In this document: positions 13,318-23,585 of the stretch, piece by piece
Numbering within the stretch: the stretch's first letter is position 1
Layout: each line of letters opens with the position of its first letter
NCBI RefSeq assembly: GCF_006345805.1
Contig: NC_042999.1
Span: 114,080,001-114,144,000, forward strand
Length of the DNA: 64,000 nucleotides
Direction of reading: 5' to 3'
Source of the DNA: Octopus sinensis
Lineage: Eukaryota
Position numbers and translations under genes: made by a program
Notes under the pieces: model-generated
What the model saw: the letters and a program-made list of their open reading frames with translations, nothing else
Database searches by the model: none
What the model was told of the DNA's origin: nothing

Positions 13318-13499
13318 TTAAGACAGAAGATCACATCACTGTTAATAACAGGCTAAAGTAAAAGACAATTGCCCAAGGTGCTAATCAGTGGGATTGAACC
13401 TGGACCCATGTAGTTGGGAAACAAGCTCCTTACCACACAGCCATGCTTGTGCCTATACATTTATAATTTATTTTTATAGTCAAAATGCACCTCCACTAC

Positions 13500-13770
13500 C
13501 TCTTCCTCATGTTTTCTAGGCTTAAGACCTCAAACAGTGTCTGTGGCACAAAATAAAAAAGCACCCGGTGTTCACTATTAAAGTGGTTTGTGTTTGGAAG
13601 GGCACCCAGTGATAGAAACCATGCCAAAGCAGACACTGGAGATTGGTTTAGTCCTTGAACCCTTTGGATACTGCCAAACCATCCAGCCCAAGCCGGCAGA
13701 GAACATGGACAATAAATGATGATGATGATGATATTGATGTTGATGATGATGACGACGACGATGATGATGA
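13500..13770 (+). mobile_element. RTE family 1 3' UTR fragment with (GAT)n tail
   Basis: GGAAGGGCACCCAG...GAAACCATGCCAAAGCAGAC...AAATGATGATGAT. Confidence 0.72.
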
Positions 13771-14721
13771 TAGATATATACATGTGTGTGTGTATGAGTG
13801 TGTTTGTGTGTGTGTGTATGCGTGCATCAAGTATATACATAATTTGTGTCATCCACAGTATTTTTTATAAGCTTTATTGAATCATATTAAATAAATCATA
13901 TTAAATAAATAAATAAGTAAATAAGATAAATTCTTTCACTGATGATGGGATAAAATGAGAAAAATGCTTTGAAACTTGTAATGGTCTCTCCATTTATCAA
14001 ATATTTTCATACGTATTTTACTACAAAAGCAAAAATATCAATAATAATATTCTGATCGCAAGAATATATTAACAAGAAGAAGAAAGAAAACACCTCTCTC
14101 TCTCTCACACTCTATCTCTCACTCTCTGTCCCTCTATCTCTCACTCTTTTATATGTACCTCTATTCCCTAATCATGAGAAAAAGCAAACATAAATAGTAA
14201 AGAAATAGAAAAAATTCCAAAGGTGAAAGCAATCTATATATCTATATATATATATATATATATACGTGCACACATATACATATGTATATATATATATGTG
14301 TATATACATACACATATATGTATATGTATATATACATACCATATATACATGTATAATATATACATGCATGTATGTATGTATTAATGTATGAATGAGAAAA
14401 AGTATTTACAAAATTTATATACTTTTCAGATAAGCGTATAATAATCATGAATATTTTACATGCCATATTAGACAAGAAGTTATAGAGAAAGCATAATTCA
14501 TGTCATACTTTACACTGAGTTTATCATTGCACAAATCAGATACAGAACAATCCTTTTAGCAATTTTTACTGGTGACAGTAAAGAAATATTGATTTTTGAC
14601 ATTAGCACTAGGTACCATATTTTAGGAGGAAAACCCTATCAATAACAAGATATGACAATGGGTAATTAAATTTTTCTAATATAGATGTGTGTGTATGTAT
14701 ATGTATCTATGTATATATGTG

Positions 14722-14797
<76 letters not shown>

Positions 14798-14798
14798 T

Positions 14799-15817
14799 AG
14801 AAACAGGCTTGGAAGGACTGGAAGAACGGTGGTAGCAGGGAAGTGTATCAGACTGCCAGAAGGGAAGCTAGGAGGCAGGTGTATTTAGCCAGAGGGGAAG
14901 CAGATAAGAAAAAATTTGCCAATGTTCTGCGCCGTGAGGATGAAAGACTTGAGGTATTTCATGTTGCAAGACAGTGTGTGAGAGAGAATCGTGACGTGGT
15001 AGGAGAGAAATGTGTTCGCAAGGATGATGGTTCACTTGCGCTAAATGAGGATGCAAAGAGAGAGGTTTGGAGGCACCACTATGAAAGGTTGCTGAATGAG
15101 GAAAATGAATGGGATAAAGAGAGTCTGCCGAATGTCGACCCAACAGAGGGACCAGCAATCCGAGTTGACAGTTCCTTAGTAGTTAAGGCAATTACAAGCA
15201 TGAAAACAGGGAAAGCCCCTGGCCCATCAGGAATTACTGCAGAGATGCTCAAAATATCTGGTAGTGTCGGCTATAGCCTAGTCACCCGTATAGTTAACCA
15301 GGTGATACACGAAGAAGTCATACCCAATGACTGGTGTAGCAGCATAATAGTCAACTGCTACAAAGGTAAAGGTGACGCCCTAGATACAAATAACTACAAG
15401 GGTATCAAGCTGCTGGATCAGGTAATGAAGGTTACGGAGAGGGTTATAGCCCAATTAATTACAGAGAGAGTTAGCTTAGATGATATGCAGTTTGGGTTCG
15501 TGCCAGAGAAAAATACTACTGATGCTATATTCCTGGTAAAACAGCTGCAGGAGAAATACCTAGCCAAAGATAAGCCCTTGTACCTGGCTTTTGTTGACTT
15601 GGAGAAAGCCTTTGACAGGGTCCCCCGATCCCTTATCTGGTGATCAATGAGGAAACTAGGGATAGATGAATGGTTAGTGAGAGCTGTGCGAGCCATGTAC
15701 AGAGACGCTGCTAGTAAGGTGAGGGTTGGCAATGAGTACAGTGAAGAATTCCGCGTAGAGGTTGGGGTCCACCAAGGTTCAGTCCTCAGTCCACTCCTAT
15801 TTATCATAGTCCTCCAG
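14799..15817 (+). pseudogene. RTE family 1 LINE ORF fragment (linker plus N-terminal part of RT)
   Basis: KTGKAPGPSGITAEMLK, NYKGIKLLDQVMKV, MQFGFVPEKNTTDAIF, AFVDLEKAFDRVPR, GVHQGSVLSPLLF. One in-frame stop at 15641-15643. Confidence 0.95.
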
Positions 15818-15856
15818 AAAGAATCCCATTGTATATATATATATATATATATATAT

Positions 15857-16678
15857 CATCATTATCTCCAAGCCTCTTTCTTTTCAGAATCATTAAAAGC
15901 AAGTGCACCATCATCCATGTGGACACATTTCTCTCCATTTCTCACCATTTTCTCTCACACACTGTCTTGCAATCCAAAATACTTCAGTTCATTGATCCTC
16001 ACATCGCTGGACACTGGCAAACTTCTTTTCTGCGTAACCCTTGGCTATGTATACCTGCTGCCCAGCCTCCCTTTTGGCTATTTGGTACAGTTCACTGCTA
16101 CCCACCACACTTCCAGGCTTTCCAGGCCTGTTTCTTTGCTCTAATGGCTTTGTCTACCGTACTATTCCACCACCACATAACTCTAGGTCTGGAAGGGACT
16201 TTACACCATCCGCAGACTTAGTCTGTGGCACTCAGCAAGCTGTCCCATAGGAATTTATACTACCTTCTATGTCCAATGTCTATAGTTCCTCCTTCCTCTC
16301 ATCAAACTTTTTGATGAGGATGTCCCTAAATCTCAGACCATGTGAAGGGTTCTTAAGTTTCCAAATCCTTCTTTTTTGGATTGGTCTGCTTCTTGGTATC
16401 CTTCTGTCCTCGAGCCTAAAGTCATTAATGACTAGCCTATGCTGGGGGGAACATTCTTCACCTGAGAGGGTCTTTATATTTAAGAGCAACCCTGCGTCCC
16501 GCTGTCTGGTAAGGATGAAATCAATCTGGCTAGCAGTCACCTGATTGATAGGTTATCAGGTGGCTGTCTGGTTTCCTGAAGTTAGTGTTGCAGATTAAAA
16601 GGTTACATGCATCACAGAACTCTAGTAGCCTAGTTCCCTCATCATTTCAGGAACCAATACCATGGCCATGTAAGTGCC
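15857..16678 (-). pseudogene. RTE family 1 fragment (endonuclease C-terminus plus linker), inverted
   Basis: SQIDFILTRQRD...ECSPQHRLVINDF. Closely colinear with 62975-63780. Confidence 0.9.
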
Positions 16679-17090
16679 TTAGGAGAAAAACGGGGTATAA
16701 GAAGCATTAGATGTAGTGTGTAATAGAGAAGACTATGCTGGTATGGTCAGGTGTGTGATGTGTATGGATGAGGACAGGTGTGTAAAGAAATGCCAATCTC
16801 TAATTGTGGAAGGAACTTGTGGAAGAAGTAAGCCCAGGAAAATGTGGGACAAGGTAGTGAAATGTGATCTTCAGCTGTTGAGTCTCATGGAGACAATGAC
16901 AAGTGACTAATACCTGAATTGCTGTGTTTGAGAAGACATGTCTAGCTAAGTGAAATCATGATTGTGGTCACTGGTGGTGACACCTGGTAGGCACCCATGC
17001 CAGGTAGACGTGAAAGGCAACTGTACCAATGACATGTAAAATGATACTCAGTACACTCGGTGAAGTTGCTGACAGGAAGGGCATTCGGCT
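16679..17090 (+). mobile_element. RTE family 1 3' end
   Basis: MDEDRCVKKC...GRSKPRKMWDKVVKCDL followed by the 3' UTR shared with 8483-8850. Confidence 0.85.
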
Positions 17091-17887
17091 TGGATTACAT
17101 TATCCGATATATTCTTATATTGATTAGGGTGTAGTTTGAAGGAGATTTGACTGCTGTTTCTATCAGGGTTAAAGAGACCCATGTAAAGGGTCTTTTAATA
17201 GTTTGTTTCATTGATGTTGTATTATGTGGAGCATGACGCATGCTGATTACCTCTGATAAGATGTTCAAACTGATTTCCTTTTATAATAGAATTCAGAAGA
17301 TAAAATACTTATTTAATATATTTATTCTATGAAATAGTTCATATAGCAATACATCTTACATTATATATATATATATATATTGTGTGTGTGTGTGTGTGAG
17401 AGAGAGTGTGTGTGTGTGTCTATGATCTGTATGTAATCAGAATATTTTGTGAAAATGAATATTTAAGTTAAATCAATGAAAATTAGTAAACAACAATAAC
17501 ATTGGTTATAGAGTATGATATTTTTTTTCCTTTTTAGGTGGCAGAAGTGGGGTGAGGGATGGCACAAGAGATTAAAATTGATCCCTGATATTTGGCTGTT
17601 ATTTATTTTATCAACCCCAGAAAGATGAAAAATAAAGTCAACTCTGGTGGGAAATTTACCAAAGCAAAGAGAGAATTTTTTTTGCCTTTATGATAAAATT
17701 TACGAGACAGATATTTCCCCAGTGAAATAGTTTGTGCGTGTGTGTGTGTGCACATGCTTATATATGTATGTATGTATGTTTGTGTATGTATATATGTATA
17801 TTGAAAATGTTATTAAAAAATATGCATTTTTCTTAAAGTTATGAAAGAAAACCAAGTCAGAAGGAGGAGCACACTTCTGAAATTTCC

Positions 17888-17938
<51 letters not shown>

Positions 17939-17952
17939 ATATATGTATGTAT

Positions 17953-19722
17953 GTTGACTCCTTAGACTCCTCGCCATCAATACATGAAGTAATGACATCA
18001 ATAAGTAAATTGAATCTTGGTAGGGCACCTGGAAAGGATGGAATTTGTGCTGAGGTCTTGCGATTTGGTGGTAATTGCATCACACAGTCCCTTCATGAAC
18101 TTATTAGTGCAGTGTGGAGGGATGGTGCAATCCCTAAGGATTGGAAGGATGCTATTATTCTTCCTCTGTATAAAGGAAAAGGAACCAGAACAATGTGTGG
18201 TAACTACAGAGGTATTGCTCTACTATCAGCTGCTGGCAAGGTTCTGGCAAATATTCTTCTTACCCGTCTGAATGGGTGTCTCGTAAATGATGTCCTATCT
18301 GAATCTCAATGTGGCTTCCGATCTGGTAGAGGGACAATGGATATGATTTTCACAGCAAGACAGATGCAGGAGAAGTGCTATGAGCAGAATATGGATCTTG
18401 TCCAGGTATTCATTGATTTAACTAAGGTCTTTGATACTTTTAATAGGGTCTTTCTATGGAAAATACTTAGCAAACTTGGATGTCTGGATCACTTTGTATC
18501 TATAATTAAATCATTTCATGATGAGATGGAGGCTTGGGTCAATGTTGGTGGTGCCATGACAGGACCCATTCCTGTAGAGAATGGTGTTAAGCAGGGTGAC
18601 ATCCTTGCCCCAACTCTCTTTTCTTTGTACTTTGCTGCAACTTTTACTCATGCTTTTGCTAAGGTTAGCTCTCTGGGAATATATGTCAGATATCGATCTT
18701 CTGGCTGCCTCTTTAATCTTCGCCGATTTGCTGCCAATTCAAAGGTTTCCCAGTCTATTATTTGTGACCTCCTTTATGCAGATGACTGTGACTTAGTCAC
18801 TCATACAGTGGATGACATGCAAATACTCATGAATTGCATTTCTGCTTCTTGCAGGGCATTTGGACTCAGCATTAGCCTGGACAAGACTGTTGTAATGTTC
18901 CAGCCTGCACCAGGAAATCCATATATAGAACCAGCTATCTTGGTTGAAGGAACGATTCTGAAGGTAGTAGACAAGTTTGTCTACCTGGGCAGCACACTCA
19001 GTCGTTCTTGCTCCCTGGATGAGGAAATATCTTTCAGGTTGCAGAGAGCAACTAATTCCTTCTGGTCTCTTCAGTCTCGTGTCTGGTCCCAACATGGCAT
19101 TGCAAGGAGAACAAAAGTTGCTGTGTACCGTGCTTGTGTACTGACATCGCTTCTCTACTCATGTGAGACATGGACTCTGTACAAACATTAGGTCAGGGTC
19201 CTTGAATGTTTTCATCAGAGATGTCTCAGACACATTCTCAATGTTGGCTGGACCTCAAAAATTCCAGACACACAGATCCTGAGGACAGCTGATATCTTGA
19301 GTATTGAGGCGATGGTACACAAGCACCGGTTGCGTTGGACTGGACACCTTATTAGAATGGAGGATAGAGAGATTCCTAAGCAGATGCTCTATGGAGAACT
19401 TGTGAATGGAAGGAGACTCCGGCAGAAACCAAGGCTGCGATTTAAGGACTGTGTCAAGTCCTCGTTAAAGGCCTTTGATATGCAGGACACTGACTGGGAG
19501 AACAATGCCTGTCATCACCACAGATGGAGGAAGCAGGTTAAGGAGGGGACCGACACTTTTGAGAGAGCACGTATCCAGCATGAAGAACTTAAGCGAGCTG
19601 CGCGAAAGCGCACGGCTTGTATAGTGAATGGGGAAAGCTTGGTCTGCAATGTTTGCAGTCGTGTATGCTTGTCAAGAGCAGGGCTCATTAGCCACCAACG
19701 GAGCCACAAATGCAAAATATAA
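17953..19722 (+). pseudogene. RTE-clade (BovB/RTE-X-like) LINE family 2, 5'-truncated RT ORF with C-terminal C2H2 finger
   Basis: 590 codons in one frame with a single TAG (19189-19191). GRAPGKDGI, NYRGIALLS, SQCGFRSGRGT, FIDLTKVFD, GVKQGDILAP, LYADD, YLGS, RLRWTGH, CNVCSRVCLSRAGLISHQRSH (19645-19707). Confidence 0.95.
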
Positions 19723-19794
19723 GTTAGTCCTAGAGCGCACAATGTTCCTGAAGGTCGGCAATGGTCTTCCTCGGTCACGAGTGGACGGCCATCA
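19723..19794 (+). mobile_element. 3' UTR of RTE family 2 running into (TATG)n
   Basis: ATGGTCTTCCTCGGTCACGAGTGGACGGCCATCA. A similar terminus occurs reversed at ~32846-32880. Confidence 0.75.
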
Positions 19795-19858
19795 TGTATG
19801 TATGTATGTATGTGTGTGTGTGCATGTGCATACGTATGTGTGTGTGTATGTATGCATG

Positions 19859-19900
<42 letters not shown>

Positions 19901-19953
19901 ATATATATTGGTAAAAGATAACAAAAGAAAGAAAGCGGTAAGATAACATATAT

Positions 19954-20256
19954 ATATATATATGTATATATGCATGTATGTTGTTGATTCTGTGTCCTTA
20001 TTCTCTTTTGATCCACCTTCTCGTACCTTGAGGGAAGGCCCTGACACCTGGGGTAGCCTTGTATCTCCTCAGCAATAAAACACCTGTTCATATATATATA
20101 TATATTTACCAAATGCCACCAGCCCTCACTTCTGACCCAGCGCTGATACAAGGCTACCCCAGGTGTCAGGGCCTTCCCTCAAGGTACGAGAAGGTGGATC
20201 AAAAGAGAATAAGGACACAGAATCAACAACATACATGCATATATACATATATATAT
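19954..20256. repeat. Perfect inverted repeat, 112-bp arms, 79-bp spacer
   Basis: 19954-20065 is the exact reverse complement of 20145-20256 (checked base by base). Confidence 0.97.
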
Positions 20257-20294
20257 TTAGATAGATGGATGGATGGATGGATAGATGGATGGAT

Positions 20295-20720
20295 GCAGGT
20301 GTGGCTGTGTGGTAAGAAGCTAACTTCCCAACCACATGGTTCCAGATTCAGTCCCATTTCGTGGCACTTTGGGCAAGTGTCTTCTACTATAGTCTTGGGC
20401 TAACCAAAGCCTCTTGAGTGGATTTGGTAGACAGAAACTGAAAGAAGCCGGTCATATGTGTGTGTGTGTGTGTGTGTGTGTATACATGTATATATTTATA
20501 TGTTTCTTTGTGGTTGTGTTTGTGTTCCCACCATTGCTTGACAACGGATGTTGGCATGTTTATGTCCCTGTGACTTAGTGGTTTGGCAAAAGAGACCAAT
20601 AGAGTAAGTACTAGGCTTACAAAGAAAAAGTCCTGGGGTTAATTTCTTCGACTAAAACCCTTTAATAGAGTGCTCCAGCATGGCCATAGTCAAATGACTG
20701 AAACAAGTAAAAGAATAACA
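20295..20720 (+). mobile_element. SINE family A, full length
   Basis: Colinear with 50907-51302. Confidence 0.87.
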
Positions 20721-20925
20721 GAATGTGTATGTGTGTGTGTGTGTGTGTCTTTTATCTTTCACATGCTTCAGTCATTATACTGTGTACATGATGGAGCACC
20801 ACCTTGGGGAATTTTAGTCAAACTTATCAACCCCACTACTTATTATTTTTTTATATATACACACACATACATATGTACTTTATTAAAAAGCAGCAGAAAT
20901 ATATGCTTACTCCGGTATATATATA

Positions 20926-21040
20926 TTGAAGATTGCTCTACATTTTAAATTGATGTAATATTTGCAGTGTTCAATTAAATGGAGTCGCATGAAACGATCG
21001 TACTGCATTACCTCTGGATATTCTTGTTGCTTATTTTGAT
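20926..21040 (+). ncRNA. Hammerhead-ribozyme-like repeat family H1 (3' half intact)
   Basis: tTGAAGA...long stem II...GAAAC-GATC-GTA-CTGCA. Homologues at 47767 (-), 51800 and 58608. Confidence 0.65.
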
Positions 21041-21057
21041 TATATACACACACAAAC

Positions 21058-21091
<34 letters not shown>

Positions 21092-22809
21092 AATCAAAAA
21101 ATTAAAAGAAAAAAAGACAAGAAAAAACAACAATGTGAGGACATGGTACATGCAAAATATTAATAAGATGCTCAAAGAAGGAAAGAAAGAGTGGCTGTTT
21201 TATGTTTTGAGTAAAGCTCTTCTTTGAAACAGGAGACATAGGTAAGTCCAAAAGAAGAGGAAGAAGGAGGAAAAAAATTCCCAACAATCTACGTGTTGTT
21301 ACATTTTGGAATGACCAGAAGTAGATGGACAAAGAGAAAGTGCTTTCTGGGACAGGAAAGTGTGAAGAATGGTTGGTATCTGTGTATATGTGTGAGTGTG
21401 TGTATGCGTGTATGTACATGTGTGCATGTATGTGTATTGTGTGTGTGGAGGTGTATGTGTGTTGTGCATGTGGAGGTGTATGTGTTCATGTGTATGTGCA
21501 TGCATATGTGTGTGCATGTATGTGTGTGTGTATGTAGTTTTTTATAAACGATATATATATATATACACAATGGGTTTCTTTCAGTTTCTGTCTACCAAAT
21601 CCACTTACAAGGTTTTGACCAGCCCAAGGCTATAGTAGAAGACACTTGCCTATGGAGCTACACAGTGGGACTGAATCCAGGACCATGTAGCTAGGAAGCA
21701 AACTTCTTACCACACAACCATGCCTATGCCTATGTGTGTGTGTGTGTGTGTGTATGTGTATATATGCATGTATGTATGTATGTATGTATGTATGTATGTA
21801 TGTATGTGTGTGTGTGTATGTATGTGCACACACATATATATATATACTGAAAAAGAACAACATTTATATTTATGTCAAAGTAAAAGATGGAAAGAGAGCA
21901 ATTGAGAAATATAGCATTAATAAAGCATAGAAATAAAATGAAATAGACAAATGAATTTCTTTTTAAATTTGTTAGAAAGAAAAAAAAAACTGGAGGAGTG
22001 GAAAACTACTACAAGAGAAGAAAATTCAGCAGAGCTGGTAATGAAAGCAATTGTTTGTGTTTTGAAAAAATATAACACTCAAATCAAAGAAGAATGAAAT
22101 AATTGATTAACGACCATTATTGGAACATCCTGGAAGATCAGGAGTTAACAGGAAACAAAACAACAACAAAAAAAATAGTTTGAAAACCTAAGGAATAATT
22201 TACAAAATGTATATTAAGAATTTTTTCTATGTGGTCAAAGCAAAGAAAAAAAAACATTGTAGCCACTTTTATATAATATCAGAAAATTGAATCTAGAATA
22301 ACAAGAGCAATAGTTTATCTAGAAATACATTACTACAACTATGTCTAGAAATACATTACTACAGCTATATTTTTCACATTGTTTTACATCTGCTTTCTAT
22401 GTTAGCATAAGTTGAATGGGTTGTCATAGTCTGAGTTCTTATATGGAGATGAATTCAGAACAAAAAATCACAGAAAGATGTCACTGAAAAAAGGTTCTAT
22501 TTTGCTTAAGAAATTGAATAAAAGGTTGGTTTTTTTTCTCATATATGTGTAATTCCATCATATAAAAATCATGTACAACTTATGTACAGTGAGTTAATAA
22601 CTGACTTTAAATATTTTTTGTTTTATTACTTTAATTGTATATAGGATTTTAAATAAAATGTGACATTTATTTGGGCGATTTTTTCCTAGATAAGATGGTG
22701 ACATTTTTCGGTTACTTTTTATCCTGAGTCTATTTTTCCAGACATCTTGGAGATACCCTAGATGATATGAAGGACCACATCTCACTTGTATGCTTCAATA
22801 TTTTGACTT

Positions 22810-23030
22810 GGTGAGGCAGTGAGCTGGCAGAAACATTAGCACACTGGGCAAAATGCTTAGCGGTATTTTTACTGCCTTTACGTTCTGAGTTCAAATTCTG
22901 TTGTGGTTGACTTTGCCTTTCATCCTTTCAGGGTCGATAAATTACATACCAGTTGCATACTGGGGTCGATCTAATCGACTGGCCCTCTCCCCCAAAATTT
23001 CGGGCTTTGTGCCTAGACTAGAAGAGAATA
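22810..23030 (+). mobile_element. SINE family B
   Basis: Colinear with 114-346. Confidence 0.85.
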
Positions 23031-23384
23031 TTTTGACTTGGTTTCTATAGCTGGATGTTCTTAATATCAACAACTTTGTAGCATGTACTTTATAGATGCA
23101 TTTTATTATGGCATCACTATTAGAGAGATTGTCATATCCACAAGACCTAAAGTCTATATCTTCACTGATTTGCTAACCATTTTACAGATAATTCTGGGTG
23201 GATGGTTTTATAGTTGTCTCATCAATAAATATTATTGGTATCATCATCATTATCAACATCTACTTTTCTATGCTTTAATTCGTCAGAATTTATTAAGGTA
23301 GATTTTCTACAGCCAGATGCCTTCCTGTTGTCAACCCTCACCTGTTTCCAAATAAGGAATGAGCGCTCAACTCTGCATTGGTGG

Positions 23385-23585
23385 ATAAAAATTCTCTATT
23401 TGTGGATTAACAAGGTTACCAATGGTCACATGTACAGAGAAAGATCTCTTTACAATTTTCAAGCATACCACATGGGAATATTGGTACCAACATTTCCATT
23501 GGTATGCTTCAAAATTGCATACAGATCTCTCTTTACATGAAACCTTTGGTAGATTTGTTAACCCACAAATAAAGTATTTTTTTAT
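23385..23585. repeat. Imperfect loopless palindrome (~200 bp), MITE-like
   Basis: Centre TTGGTACCAA at 23481-23490. Arms roughly 75-80% complementary by eye. Confidence 0.85.

Noticed and set aside
19981-20075. Ribozyme within the 112-bp inverted repeat arm
   Set aside because: Nested hairpins are possible, but there is no CUGANGA/GAAA pair and no convincing HDV-like pseudoknot.
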